This document shows, one piece after another, positions 25,511 to 39,650 of a stretch of 64,000 nt of DNA. Location of the stretch: the NCBI GenBank assembly GCA_013265495.1, contig MU058221.1, forward strand, positions 1,674,001 to 1,738,000, written 5' to 3'. Position 1 is the stretch's first letter. The number at the start of each line of letters is the position of its first letter. Source of the stretch: Vicugna vicugna (Eukaryota). The notes under the pieces are model-generated. The model saw only the letters and a program-made list of their open reading frames with translations, was not told the origin of the DNA and did not search any database. The translations under genes were made by a program, and so were the position numbers.

Positions 25511-26778
25511 TTATAAATCAACACTAAAATTATCAGAAACTCAATATAGAAAACAGGCAAAGTGTGTTTGCAACAATGCATGGAAGAATCAAAAACAGTG
25601 AATAAGCATATGAAGAATATTTCTTGTACTAGTAGTAGAAAAAATCAAAATTATAAGTTAAAAAAGATCATTATCATCACAAAATTTGTAAAGCTAAAAA
25701 AAGGGTTCCCAGGGTAGTGAAGGTGTTGGGTAGTCAGACAAGTGGGCCAGGGGCAGACAGGTGGAGGGGAGGGAGGGTGCTCTGGAAGACAGTGGTATGA
25801 TCTCCTTCAGCACAAAGAGACTTGGCTTCCTCCAAATGAGTGCCAGCAAAAAACAGTAAAAACCCAACAGCCATGACTGCGGTCGTGGAAAGGACTTAGC
25901 CAGACATGACCCAGTGTTCACTGCATCATAATTAACATTACAATTTTGCCCGCCCCCCCCACCTTGGGTTTTCTATGAACACCGTGGGTAAGGACATGGG
26001 CAAAGGGATTAAAGGGGACTCGGCCCTCCAGGGACAAGCGCCATCAATCAATCAAAAGAGCATCTCTAGACGAGGGGATAAGAGGAGGGGGGACAAAGAG
26101 CACCCGACTCCCCCTGGGGTCAGCCCGCCTCCTGCTCTTGGCGTGCACTCTTCTTTTTCTAAATAAGTACTTTAAAATCTTTTTGCTACACAAGGCTTTC
26201 AGACCGTCTCCCGTCTGTAAATCTGATCTTTCAGGGAAGACAAGAATTGGGTCTTTTCTGTTTCCCTCTTGGGTGACAAAGGTAGTGGGAAACAGCACTT
26301 CCATGGTGCTCATGGAGGTGACACTTTAAAATTTGGGAGCAGTAACTTGGCAATAGGTAGATTAAGAGCCTTAACAATGTTGTACCATTTATCAAGCTGA
26401 AGTCATGTTCTCAAAGCCCATTTAAAGATACAGAACCCTCATAATATAGTTTAAGTAAAAGGAGAATTAAAAAGTCATGTATTACCTAATACACCATTTT
26501 AATTGAAAAAATACCGAAGTGTAGACAGTGGCTCTCTCCAGATTATAGAAATGCAGCTGATTTTTATGGAATGGAATTGCTTTTATCATAAAGTGATCCA
26601 ACACCGGTCACCCTTTAATCTGTTATTTATTCTCCGTACGACGCATGCTCCCCACGGAAATGGCAATGGGGGTTCTTCTCTGTAAGAGAATAAAGTGGAG
26701 TACCCGCTCTCCAGAGAGCTGGCGCCCATGCTAGGACGGCAGAGACTCTCCAAGGAGCCCCTGAGGCCCAAAGAATGT

Positions 26779-26788
26779 CCCTTTCTCT

Positions 26789-26821
<33 letters not shown>

Positions 26822-26826
26822 GTCTG
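26779..26826. repeat. (CT)n microsatellite
   Basis: Direct reading. Confidence 0.95.
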
Positions 26827-29800
26827 TCACTGTGATGTTTAATCCTTCTGCCGACAGTCAGGCAATTTCAGTAGTAACTTCCGAAAGCTGCACAGAGGCT
26901 GGGGACAGAACGCTTTTCCGTGGACATGTGTTCTTCATTGTGTCCGTCCCTTTACAGCTACCGCTCCAGGGTGACCTCAGAAGGGACGGCCTGCAGAGGC
27001 GGAAGCCAGGCAGTGCGCACTAGGGAGCGGTGTTGCGGCGCTCGGTGTGCAAGGAGAACTCACTTTACTTCTCGGAGGTGGCGCAGCGCCAGCCCTGTGC
27101 CTGAGAGATGCGTGAAGGCACTGGAGGTGCATAAGCCTTCGAAAGAAGCCCCACCCCTGCAGAAAATTGTGTCAGCTTCCTGGGGTTCTCAGAAGTACGC
27201 CGGTAAATACTCAATGAGTAAGTGCTGAATAAATAAATGGAGAATGAATGAAATGCCTGGGGTCTGTCCCAGAGCTTTTTATCCTCTGTTCCCCCAGCAT
27301 TATTCGGGGAGATGTCTTTACCTGCTGTTCCCAGATTCCACCCCCGGAGATGGAACCGCAGGTGACCTGGGCAGGGACCTGGCAGGTCTCCCCGGGGAGT
27401 CGCACAGGCCGTTCAGCGCGCAAGGGCGCTCAGGCAAGAGAGCAAGCCGCCTGGCGTCCAGCACGGGCCTGCGGGACAGGCTGTCTGCGCAGAAGAAGGA
27501 GTCTTTATTTTCAAATTCACGCAAATATGTGCCTGATGGCCAAGTCCTCAGGGCCCAGGGGTGCGGCTTCTCAAAGGTGATGCCTTTCTCTATTCACACA
27601 AGGATGCAGCATACTTCCTGTAACCTTGGGTCCAGGCATCAGAATTCTACTTAAAGAGTCCCAGGCAAAACCAGCAAGCCATTATGGCCAATAACGCCCG
27701 CGCGGTAGTGAGCTCAAGCTCCTCCCTGTGGAATCTGGCTCCTGAGTCTCCCTGTTCACAATCGCTCCCCTCTGCAAGAGCTGAGCTCTCCTCCACCTGC
27801 ATCCCGCCCGCACTCCCACGAACACCCCATCCCACATCAGAAAGGCAACCTCTGAGAAGAGCTAAGTCTAATTTGAAGGCAGAGATGTTGAAGGGTGACG
27901 GGTGAAAAAGGACATAGATGCTGTTCTGGGGGATGGATTGGAAGAAACATTCGCATTGGGTGACTGGCAGAGAAGGCGGAGAGAGCCTCAGAGGGGACAC
28001 CCCAGTTTGCTCCCCCAAATGTCATGGTGGAGAGCAAGGTACTTCCCGTGTCTGTAGGTGACACAGGGTTGGGATTCAGGTGAAGACAGCAGTGGCCCGT
28101 GTCACTGAACACGCAGCTGAAGACCGGATGGGAGCAGGGACACTTCAGTGGGTGCCGGTGCAGAGTGATGACCAACACCTGAGTTAGGTGCAAACCCAAT
28201 CTCCCTGCTGGGTCCGAGCACACTCCCACGGCGAAGAAGGTTGGGGGCGATACTGAGGAAGGGAGGGAAAAAGAACGGCTAAACATATAGGAACTCATAA
28301 CTAAGGGTGAGTAGTTTTCTCAGAGCATCGGTGGCTTAAATACGTGTATGTGCCTTTCAAACTTTCAAAAGGAATAAGAAATATTTTTGGATGGTTGGCA
28401 TCAATAATAGTTTAATTAATTTTAAGGACGTGAGAGAAACCTTGTACAGAGAAGGAATTATCCTCAGTTGGAAATTAGTATGAGTATTATTACAACCACA
28501 GTTCTATTTTGTTTTTAAACTGTAATATGACTTTGCCTCAAAGGATATATTTCGAATGGTTTCCTCAGGAGTAGAACTGCTCATATATCAAACACAACAA
28601 ACACAGGCGTGCAAGTCCAAGGTCTGTATCTGACTCTGAGTGCCTAATATTGAAAAAAAAGAAAGTAAAGTGAATCATTCTGCATGATTAAGCCATGTAT
28701 TAATAGAGACAGACAGAAGCTCAGAAGCACGTGCATCCCCGCACAGACTCCGAGAAGGAAATGGGAAGAAAACCAAGCACAGAGCTGCCGAGAAGCGGAG
28801 AGGGCCAGTCAGGAGCTGAAGGCGGCGCTCGGGCCTTTGTTCTGGCTGCAGGTGCCCTGCTCGCCTGGCCTCTCCACTGAGTCCAGACAAGGAATCTGGG
28901 GAACAGACAGCAGGAAAAAGCACCAGGCAGAGAGAGCAGTTCAGAGCAGGGTGTTCAGGACAGTGTGGCGACTGGGGCAGCCCCTCCCCTCTCATCGCCA
29001 GAAACGCCCACGAAACGTCAGGAATCTGGGGTGATGGCGGGTGGCTGGGGGAGGGGAAGGGGTGGCCAAACCCGACCCCAGAGACCTGTCCGTCACTCCT
29101 CAAGGAGTCCGAGAGGCCTTGTCACCGTGATCTAGCGCACATCTGGGGAAGCATAAACGTCAAAGGAAAAAAGCAACCACTGTTCAGTCTGTGTTCCTTT
29201 CTTGGATCGCTGTTTACTGTTTAAAACTTGTTTACAATCTTTTACTTCTCTTTCCGCTTCCACTTCTTTCTTGTCAAAAGATCTACCTTATCTCCTCCTG
29301 CGCCAGCAGTGGAACCTCAGAGGGTATCCGTTCCTCACGTTACCTTTGATAAAGTGCAGAGCAAGACAGGGAGGAGGCGAGCCTGGTCCTGACCACTGGG
29401 CAGCGAGCCCAGGCAGCTGGGAGGAAATCCGGTCTCCGGCTGGATTCGTTGTTCTGCTCACAATCCGCAGTCCCAGAAGGATGGCATTAGCCAGGTGTGG
29501 CAGGATGTACTGGAGCCCCGTGAGCGTGTCCCTGGAATAACGGAGAGAAAAACAAGTCCTCAGGATTAAATTATTCTGTGGAGACAGAAAGAAGTGCACA
29601 CTCTTTTAGAATCTCATTTTTTTTAACTAGAAAGCAGATTCTCGTTGTAGCCCGATAGTTAATTTGCACATTCTGCCCTCCACACGCCAGGATTCCTTGA
29701 GGCAGGGCCTGCCTGTACTTAATGATGTCAGTTGCTGCAGGCAAACCCCGCTTGCTCACACCAAGACGAGAACAAGATGCCCAGGAGCATCCGAGCCCCG

Positions 29801-31117
29801 AACTGCAGTGTCTAAGGACACATTAAGGCAGCTGCCTGTTCAAAAGACATGCAATAAAATATTCTATCAAGACACCCAGTTAAGTTTCTAATTAAAATGA
29901 TTTAGTGCCTTCATTTTTTAAGTTTTCCCAAGGTTTGCTGATGACTAAAATTATGTAATGAAGCTTTCAAGGTTTTAAATCTGCTAATTAATCTCTGCAC
30001 CTTTACAATAACCCAGAGCAATAAAAGGCACAATGAAAAGGGGCAGATCAATGTCGCAGTGAATTAACCCCTGGGAGACTGGCCCTCTGCAGCCTGGCCG
30101 GCTGAAGGCGCAAGGGGGTCAGACTGCGCGGGAGGGAGCGGGCCCACGCGCCGCCTGGCCCGTGGCGCTGGTGTCGGGACTGATTCGGCTCCTACCCGGA
30201 GTCCCTGCTGTGACGCCCGCTGTGTTCAGAACGTCTGTGACTGAGGCAAGCCGGGCCGCGAGGGAAGGCAGTAGCACCGGGGAGTCCTGGAGGGGAGAGC
30301 TTTCAGAAGCAGAGCTCAGTCAAGGACTGAAATGACCCTGAAAAAGCTCAGGCGGAAACTCTCTCGGGGGGGTTCAGGAAACCCCAGGCTGTGAGGCGAC
30401 CTAGTGCAGACCTGAAGTGGAAAGGCAGTGTTCACCCGCCGAGGAGTGGAGAGGGATGCTGCAGGGCCAAGGACCATTCGAGGTCAGTGACAGGAAGCTG
30501 CGCTGTGCCCAAGGGGAGTGTTTATTACCCCAGATTAGAGTTGCCAAGGGGCTCCGTGTATTTGCTCAGCTGCGTTGCTGTTGTTTGCAGTTGATATTTA
30601 TTCACACTGGGCAGAGAGCAGTGCCCATTGCCTACCTGTTGACGCTCAGCCTGGAGACCACCTTCCGTGCTGCTCCGATCTGCTCCGTATTTCTCAGCTG
30701 CCTTGCTAGAAATTCCTGGCTTCTGCTTGGGTTCTGCTAATGGGAGCTACTGAAAGGAAACCAAGACGGGAAAGGAGAGAAGGGGGAGGAGCAGTGCCTT
30801 TGCATGTTCCAGTTGCTGTCCACATCTTTCAAGCAGCAGACACAAGCTACTTGTGGGGTCGTCCTGGTAAGAGAGAGAGCTTGGACTGACACCTGGTTCC
30901 GTTCGACTGCAATTTTCATCTGTTGTCTTTGATCCTACTCTGGCGCTCTGGTAGGGGAACCAGGAGAGCGCAGCAGCAGAAAACCCTAAGAAGCGTCAGG
31001 AGGGTGGAGAGCAGTGCTTTGTGCTGCTGAGGGTGAGAACAGAAGAGGCTGCTGGACTTGGCAATCAGGAGGGGAACCAGGGCCCCGAGACAGTGGTTCG
31101 GGGGGAGTGGTGGTGAC

Positions 31118-31662
31118 CGTCATAAGGCAGAATTGCTCACTTGCCCCCACGATCTTTGCCCCCTGGTGTCACAACCTTGATTGCTGGTTAGAACCTGTCA
31201 TATGCTTCTGGCCAATGGAGTGTGAAGAGACTTTGCAGGCGTGATTAAGGCCTTAATCACTTGGAGTTAAGTTAATCAAGAAGGAGGCTATCCTGGATTG
31301 GTGTGACCTGCAAAGGAGAGTGAAGCATCAGAGCTGTTCTCCCGCTGGCCTGAGGAAGAAAGCCAGGCCGCCATGTTGCGGGCTGCCCTTGGAGAGTGTG
31401 GCCTTTAGGAACGGAGGGCCTCAGTCCTACAGCCCAGGGAACTGAACTTGACCAACAAGCATGCGGGTTAGAAATAGCGAAAATCCTCGGATGCGGTAGC
31501 TCCGGACAGCTCATTGACTTCAGCCTGATGAGACCCTGAGCAAAAGACCCAGCTGACTTGGGTCCAGAAGTCCTGACCCATGGAAACTAAACGTTAATAA
31601 ATGTATGTTGTTTTAAGTCCTTAAGTTTGTGGCAATCTCTTATGCAGTGACAGCACAGCAAT
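31118..31662 (+). mobile_element. MLT1 (E-like) solo LTR
   Basis: gactttgcaggcgtgattaagg; cctcagtcctacagcc; tgacccatggaaact..aataaatgtatgttgttttaagtcc..agtttgtggcaat. Confidence 0.85.
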
Positions 31663-33469
31663 ACGGGGCAGAAGACAGACTTCAGGCAAACACCACACAC
31701 ACACACACAGAGTCACTGGCAGAACAGAATCCTGATACCAAACAGACCCGTCATTTGGAACCATGCTGACATTGCCAACCTGCCTAAAACGGCCTCCTGC
31801 TGAAGCCCAGCCAGCAGGCTGGACCCCGTTAGACGCTAACCTTATCCCAGATCATGCCTGGGTTCACGTACCCTTTTGGAAGTTTGTGCTGGAATTTCTA
31901 GTAAAACCCTCTGGGCTCCAGCTCAATGTGTTTATTACAATATCTTAAAAAAAAAAGAAAAAGAAGGGAGTGTCGTCTTAACATTTTTATGGCTGTGGTT
32001 ATTTTGCTACAGACAAAAGACCAAAGGAGTTTTTAAATTGAATTACGGTATAAACGCTCTCACTAAACAATAACAAAATAAAACCTGTGACAAGAGAGTC
32101 AGCGATAGCAATATGGAAGCAAAAGGTCACCATTATGCATCTGAGATCCGAGCCACTGAAATGGAAATTAATGTTCGTGGAGCTTTCCTAGGCGACTGGT
32201 TATTCTCCTCTCCCTACCAGGCAGCCCCTCCCCGCGTTACACCTGATGACAAAAGCACCCGTGACGAATTCACAAAGGGACACACAGCTACCTCTATAAT
32301 CCACAAGCCGGAGTGGAAACCGGTGGCCGAAACCCCTTAAGAAAGCAAGCTGAACAACCTTGTCACATCCATTCTCCATACTTCTCCTTCGGCAGGCGTC
32401 CCATGTCCCCGTGAAGCCTCATTTCCCCATCTATTGCCAAAGGCTACCATTTCCTATCACACATCAAAACACGAGAAATGTCAAAGTAATGAAAACTGAC
32501 ACTGCGGCAAAGGGAGGGTGAGGCACAGCCGTGGTGGGGAGAGCCGGGTCAAGGTCCTCCTCGGCACAGCTCTGCGTGTTCCGGGCTCCCCTGCAGAGGT
32601 GCCCGCCCCGGAGCTGGACTTGGCAGCGGGGAGATGCCTCTGGAATAAGAGCCACAAAACGCAGCTTGGGATTCAAAATTAATTCAATGGCAAGACAGGC
32701 AAAATGAGGTCTAGATCCAAAACCAAAATCCCTCCTGACCTTGAAAGATTTATTATGCATCTGACATATCCCAGGCTCAGCTTAATGAACTGACTCTCGA
32801 GCTTTTTATCCGCGCATCTGGCCAAAGGTATTTAAATCTTTTTCAAAGAAAATGATGTGTTAAATCACGAATTTGGCTTCCTGGCCACCTCCCGCCGATA
32901 CAGAGCCACATCATTAAAGACTTGGGGTAGCCGAAGGCTCTGATTCCCGTACAGATCAAACACGGATGGACGCGGGGTCCTTGGCCAAGTCACGGAATTT
33001 CTTTCTTCAGTTTTCAATTTCAGAGAGTGAACTCCGTTTCAGACCTTAGACTTGTTTCCAGCCCTACTGCCAGGGATTCTCTTTTGCAAAGAGAAATGTT
33101 GGCAGTGCGTCCAGAAATGACATCAAGACCAGGGATGGAGTTGAGGTGATCAGAGATGGTCACTTGGAACTTACTGATTGCAGCAGTGAACGCACACACT
33201 GTGGCAAAGCCTTCCAGCGCCGTGTGGACTTTCAAAGCCACTGCTTAGATGCGCTTAGGTTTGCTTAGAGGCAAAATCACTCTGAAAGAAGGATAACTTT
33301 AGGGCTAAGAAGGCTAGTATTTTTATCTGGAGTGAGAAATGCCTCCTGATGGAACATTTAGAGGTTGTATCTGAACGAAACAGCACGCAGGAGCGGCGGT
33401 GAAGAGAGACACTAACCTGCCAAGGAGCACGTGCTTTTAGAAAGAGTCTCCTGTCTTCCTTTCTTTTTT

Positions 33470-34252
33470 CTTTTTATTATTATTATTGTTGTTGTTGTTG
33501 TTTATTGAGATACAGTCAGTTTACAATGTGTCGATTTCCAGTGCACAGCACAGTGCTTCAGTCATACATGAATATACATATATTCATTTTATTTTTTTTC
33601 ACCATAAGCTACTACAAAATATTAAATATGTTTCCCTGTGCTGTACAGTATAAATTTGTTTATCTGTTTTATACATACCAGTCAGTGTCTGCAAATCTCG
33701 AACTCCCAGTTTATCCCTTCCCACTCCCCTCCCCCCGACAACCACAAGTCTGTATTCTATGTCTGTGAGTCTGTTTCTTTCTTATATATAAGTTCATTTG
33801 TCTTTTTTTCTCTTTAGATTCCACATATGAGTGATATCATATGGTATTTTCCTTTCTCTGGCTTACTTCACTTAGAATGACATTCTCCAGGGACATCCAT
33901 GTTGCTGCAAATGGCATTATTTTGTCATTTTTATGACTGAATAGTATTCCATTGTATAAATATACCACACCTTCTTTATCCAGTCATCTGTTGATCGACA
34001 TTATGGCTGTTCCCATGTCTTGGCTATTGTAAATAGTGCTGCTGTGAACATTGGGTGCAGGTGTCTGTTTGACCTAGGGTTCCCTCTGGATTTATGCCCA
34101 GGAGTGGGATTGCTGGGTCAGATGGTAAGTCTGTTTTTAGTCTTTTGAGAAATCTCTGTACTGTTTTCCACAGTGGCTGTGCCAACCTGCATTCCCACCA
34201 GCAGTGAAGGAGGGCTCCCTTTTCTCCACAGCCTCTCCAGCATTTGTCATTT
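33470..34252 (-). mobile_element. 5'-truncated LINE-1 3' end, relatively young
   Basis: Tail (tta)(ttg)n, then ttagattccacatatgagtgatatcatatggtattt..ccacagcctctccagcatttgtcatt. Confidence 0.9.
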
Positions 34253-34544
34253 GTCTGCCTTCCCTTCCTTTAGTCTTTTCTTGCAATATTGTTAATTGTT
34301 ATGCCATTGGGATTGTAAATAGTACCAGGCTTTTTGTCCTGATGCATTTCCTCGTCCTGACCCGGGCAAAGCTGAGACCCACATCCCTATAGCCCTGGTA
34401 TAGAACAAAGCACTGGAAAGCACTCCATCCAACGTCTATACCAGTTCACATTCCCATGGTGTGACCTATGGCTCAGTGCCGTGCAGACAAGCACGTTACA
34501 TCCCTTCCAGTTCTGAAAGAGACACTGTCACCAAACACCAAGTC

Positions 34545-35540
34545 CTTTTTTTTTTTAATTTAAGATTTTATTTTTAGAGCATTTTTACATCCACAGCAAA
34601 TTTGAGGAGAAGGTATAGAGCTTTCCCATATGCTCTCTGCCCCACACATGCACAGCCTCCTCCATTATCAACATCCCCACCAGGTAGTACATTTGTTACA
34701 ACTGACGGACCTACACTGACACATTATAATCACAGTTACATTGAAGTTCACTCCTGGTATTGCACATTCTGTGGGTTTCAACGAATGTATGACATGTATC
34801 CATCATTAAGGTGTCACGCAGAGCATGTTCACTCTCCTGAAAACCCACTGTCCTCTGCCTATCCATACCCGTCTGATAACGTCCAGCAACTACCTGTCTT
34901 CTACTGTTTGCATAGTTTTGCCTTTTTCAGGATGTCATATTATTGGACCCATACAGTGTGTGGTTTTTTTCTTATTGGCTTCTTTCACTTAATAATATGC
35001 ATTTAATGTTCTCCCTTGTCTTTTCAGGGCTTGATACCTCATGCCTTTTCAGTGCTGAACAATATTCCATTGGCTCAATGTACCATGGTGAATTCATCCA
35101 TTCAGTCACAGAAAGGTATCTTAGTTGCTTCCAAGTTTTGTCAATTATGAATAAATTTTCTATAAACACCCACATGCAGATTTATGTGTGGACATGTTTT
35201 CTAGCCATTTGGGTAAATACCAAGGAGGGCAAGGATTGGATCACATGGCAAGGGTTTGTTTAGTTTTATAAGAAACTGTCACACTGTCTTCCAAAGTGGC
35301 TATTTTTCGTTCTTACCGACAATGAATGAGAGTTCCCATTGCCCCCCTTCCTTGTCAGCGTCTGGAGTGGTCTGTGTTCTGGATTTTGGCCGTTCTGATA
35401 GACGTGTAGTGGTACCTCATTCTTGTTTTAATTTGTGTTTCCCTGATGTCACATGATGGCAAGCATCTCTTCATGTGCTTATTTGCTACATTTGTGTCTT
35501 CTTTCGTGAGAGTCTGCTAAGGTCTCATTTTCTAATTGTT
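34545..35540 (-). mobile_element. L1MC1-like 3' end
   Basis: ttttagagca..cacagcaaatttgag..ccccacacatgcacagcctcc..tacatttgttacaactga is the recalled L1MC1 3'UTR signature. Confidence 0.85.
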
Positions 35541-36589
35541 TTTTGTTTCCTTGTTTGTTTTGTCTCCTAAGGGGCCACACACCCTCAATAGGCAAGGCTA
35601 GTGTGGCCAGCACCCACCACAGATGGCTAGTTCAGTGCTTCCAGAGAGCCGACAGCAGCCCTGCTCTAAGAGATTCTGAGCTCCCAGAACTAAAAAATAT
35701 TAACTCTAAGGGAGCAGTATTAACATTCCCTTGAGGGATATGTCTTATTTTTGTAAACTCCAACTAACCACTTAAATGTTTAATTCATTAGTTCACCAAA
35801 ATGTTTAGTAAACACCTATTGTCAAACTGGAAGAAACTATTTTTTACATATGAAGAGATAAACGTTCCTTAAACACAATAAACGATATGTGCTGTGCGAG
35901 GGACACCAACCATAAATAATACACTTGCTCAGGGGATTAAGCGCTTTGAGCTGGAGCGTTCAGAGAGTGGGCGGATTCGAGGATGAAGACAGGACTGGGG
36001 CGAGCATTCCATGAAGGGAAGAGCGGTATTTGCAAAGACAAGGATGAGTCAGTGTGGAATTTAGAATCCTCTGCTAATCTTTCTCATGTTTATCTCCCCG
36101 CTCAGCATTGCACAACTTTTTAAAAAAACCAACTCTTGCTTCTCTTTACAGGAAGAGACACAAATCCCGAGTGCCACTTACTTGCTGTGTGACCACGGGC
36201 CAGTCTCTTAACCTCTCTGAGCTCTGGGTGATGAATTTATAAATTTGGAGCCCATCAGCTGGCGGTTCGTTCTGGGGGCTACAGATCCACAGGTGTACCA
36301 AACAAAGAAGGACACAAAAGTCAGTCCAAAAAACAAAAAGAACCATGATTTCCTTTGCTTTTGCCTTTTCACCTGTTGCCAAGACATTGTAAATGTGAGG
36401 GGGAAGGTGCACCCGAGAGGGCGGCCCCCGCTGTGTGGTCTGGGAGTGAGTACTGAGCTCCGCCTCGGTTCTTTCTGTCTGAAACAAGGGCATTGGCCAT
36501 GAACTCGAAGGTTCTTTCCAGCTCAGTGATTCATGACTTCGCATTGCTGAGCGACACCCAGGGGATCTCTCTGCATCAAAAGCAAGAAG

Positions 36590-37010
36590 AAAGGTGAGCG
36601 GCCCGCCAGCGCCCCCGTGCCCCCCGGCAGCCTGTTGTCTACCCGGAGCGGGTTTGGAAGCTGCTGTCCTGTGCAGAGCACACCCTGCAGACCCTCTGCC
36701 TCCCGCTCGGCCGTCAGCCCCGGGGGGCCTCCGGCAGGGCTTTTCCAGAAACGGGCGGGGCGAGAGAGAGGGCAGGTGCACCTGCGCTCCCGCGGCAGCA
36801 GCCCGCCCCAAAGCCGGGGACCCCGGTGGCAGGCGCCCCTCCCGCCCTCTGCGGCTCTGCGGAGAAAAGAGCATGGCTGTTGACGGATTTCCACCCTTGG
36901 CAGAGCCAAGAAACATTTTCCTGGGACTTGCGTGCAGCCTGAGCGGGGGCTTTTCCTGAGGAGGGCGCGCGTCCCTCGCGGGTGGGGACACACTGCCACC
37001 TGCTGGCCCT
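36590..37010. promoter_or_regulatory. Small CpG-rich island with GC boxes
   Basis: Dense CpG; gggcgggg at ~36753; gcccgcccc at ~36801. Confidence 0.6.
36991..37009 (-). promoter_or_regulatory. CTCF-like motif
   Basis: Reverse complement GGGCCAGCAGGTGGCAGTG fits CCASYAGRKGGCRS. Confidence 0.65.
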
Positions 37011-38995
37011 CTGCCTCTTCTACACCTACACTCGGAAAGGGACGCTTTCCGAGGCCAAACGATGGAGACCTTCCCAGACCGCCTAGGTACTTAGATCAGA
37101 AAACATCAGTAGTTTCTCATCTACTAATCCTGAATGAATGATCAGGTCTTGAGAGCCTGATGGGATAAAAAGTTCCAGATAACCCTCTGTGGGTATTCAA
37201 GGTCACACACCTGTGACTGACATTAGCAGCCAAGGATATTTCAAATTCCTTCTGCGACAATTTCAATTCATTTATATGTACTAGGCATTTTTTTTAACAT
37301 GGAGGAGTATTTTCAATACATTATACCAAGTGATATTGTTCAAAGAGCTTTATTTTACTTGGAATTCACCCCTTTGTATTTACATATACAACAAGAGACA
37401 ATAAAACTGCATCGTGGTTAAACACTTCTGGCGTCTGGTTCTAACAGGAATTCAGATTTGCCCTCATTAATTTACACTATTAAACTCTGTGATTAATCTT
37501 CTACTCTTGGAATGGGGCAAAGGTTGAAAGTTAATACAGATATAAATGGAACACACTCTGTAATTTTATCAGGAAAGTGGTTTGAGGCTAAGAGTCCAGG
37601 AGCGTTTTATTTGAAACGGCGTTTGGGCTTCTCCATCACAGACAGTGCTCTCTGAGTCTGGGACCTAATGCGTTTCACCCCCTCCCCCACTTTTCCAGTG
37701 TGCGTGCGTCTACCCTAGCGCGTAATGTGGAATCGCGAAGTGACCGTCTTCCCTTTTCACCTTGAAATTTGGTCCATGATAGAGATAACATTTAGACTTT
37801 TATGCAGGCAAATTATTTAGCTCCACACTATCTTGAATTTCCCCACTTTGAAGCCAGATTTTGGCTTTGAATTTTCATGACCAAAGGGTCCATTCAAATG
37901 TTATATTTGGGTCTGGGTTTTGTTCCATTCCTAGAGGAAGAAGAAGGAAGAAAAAACAAACAAAAAAAGCTTCTTAGCATTTCTAGCCAACAAGCGTTTT
38001 AAAAATAGTGTGATATCCAGTCTCAGATCGCCCCACTTCATGAGCCTAATGGGGCAAGAAGTGAGCTTACCCACCCCTAACTCACCCTCCCTCTCACCTC
38101 TCTTTCAAGGTACAGTATTCCCCAAAGTTACCGAGACATAGAAAAGGCAGACTGGTGGATGCTTCTGAGATGGAAGAAGAGGAGACCAGCGATTCCGAGA
38201 CCCGAATTCCTCCCTGGCGGAGCCTTCACTGAGTGCCCGTCCCAGCGACATGAGAACCCGCCCAGAAGACAGTCGAACCACTCACCGGACCCCCTTCCCA
38301 GGCACGGCCTGTACCCTATCTCCGCTTGTCTACCAGACCGGGCGACATGCTCTCGAGTTTGAGGGGTGGAGAGGTGGAAGGAACGCAACCCCAAATTTTG
38401 AAGGACTGCACACCAGTGGGCACTCCTTTCTGCCAACTACTGTCCCCACGCCCTAGGGAAGTCACTTAGCCCTTTTATAAAATGGGGATGACAGTACCCA
38501 CCTTGCAGTTATCAAAGACACAAAGCTACCGTAATAACGCTGCCCCTCTATGGTGCACTTGTGCGCTCAACATGGGGCTCCACCCCTGGCAGGAATCAGT
38601 TTAACCAGTGCTCACCAGGACCACTCTGCTGTCACCACTCCCATATTACAGATAAGGAACCGAGACAAAGAGCAGACTAAGTCCTTTCCCCAGGGTCGCA
38701 AAGCCAGGCAGGGAAGGGCCTCGCCCTTGGTCCCGGGGCAGACCTGTCTCCAGCGGCCAGCTCATTTCCTGATGGGAGCTCCTTACCGCCGGAGAGTGCC
38801 TGGCAAATAGCAAATGAGAAATAAATCATAAGCACTGGGGGAGCCCAGCACAGAGACTGAGTTTCGGGGACGTCACGTTCCTGTCGCTCTTGACGCTGGG
38901 CTCTGCACAGAGAAGCCTTTAAGGACCACGGGCGCCTCGCCTTAACAGATATTGCGACAACACATCCGCACGTACCTGCAGACGTAAGCGCTTAA

Positions 38996-39419
38996 CCCAA
39001 GCGTTTCCTAGGTTGACGATCACTAAGTACCACAAATCGGGTGGCTTAAAACAACAGAATGTATCGTCTCACATCCTGAGGGCTCACAGCCTCACATCCG
39101 GGTGTTGACAGAGCCACGCTGTCTCTGAAACTGTGTGGTTTGTGGGCCATCTTTGGCATCCTGGGCATACGGATGCCTCCCCCCAGTCTCCCATCTTCAC
39201 ACGCCGTTCGCCTTCGTGTCCATCTTCACAAAGCCATCTTCTCACAAGGACACCGTGCATACTGGGTTCATGGCCCGCCCTCCTCCAGTACGACCTCATC
39301 TTCACTTAACTAAGTGCGTCTGCAGTGACCCTATTTCCAAGGAGGTATAGGTATCCTGGGATCCTGGAGGTCAGGGTTTTAACATGCCTGTTTGAGGGGA
39401 TATGAGTCCACCCAGGACA
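38996..39419 (-). mobile_element. MLT1B/C-like solo LTR
   Basis: agtaccacaaatcgggtggcttaaaacaacagaa..aaggacacc..gacctcatctt..tctgcagtgaccctatttccaa. Confidence 0.85.
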
Positions 39420-39469
39420 AGAGCCGTCTCTCCTCAGCCCCACCTGGACGGTCTCCACTGAGCATCTGA

Positions 39470-39650
39470 GCCCTGAGAACCCAGCATCAGGCAGACCTGG
39501 GCTCAAATTAGGTGCGTGCCCTTGGGAAAGTTATTTCAGTTTCTTTACCTGTAAAGTGAGGATATTAACAGCACCTTCCAGCCACAGTTGCTGTGATCTT
39601 TAAATAAAATTCGTAGAACCCCGCGCACCGCACCCGGCATGTGGTAATCC
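39470..39650 (+). mobile_element. MIR SINE
   Basis: agacctgggctcaaat..ccttgggaaagtta..cagtttctttacctgtaaagtgaggata. Confidence 0.75.

Larger units (their letters stand above)
36499..38362 (+). other. Candidate two-exon transcript / small ORF (36499-36593 joined to 38110-38362, 115 aa); unverified
   Basis: ggccATG start; AAG|gtgagc donor at the edge of a CpG patch; acceptor ccctaac + pyrimidine tract + aag; frame stays open across the junction; no recognisable homology. Confidence 0.2.

Noticed and set aside
31241..31260. Perfect 20-bp palindrome gtgattaaggccttaatcac
   Set aside because: Lies within an MLT1 LTR whose consensus is already near-palindromic here, as I recall it
36146..36991. 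281-aa minus-strand ORF
   Set aside because: Runs through a CpG patch and ends in a MIR fragment; no protein-like features
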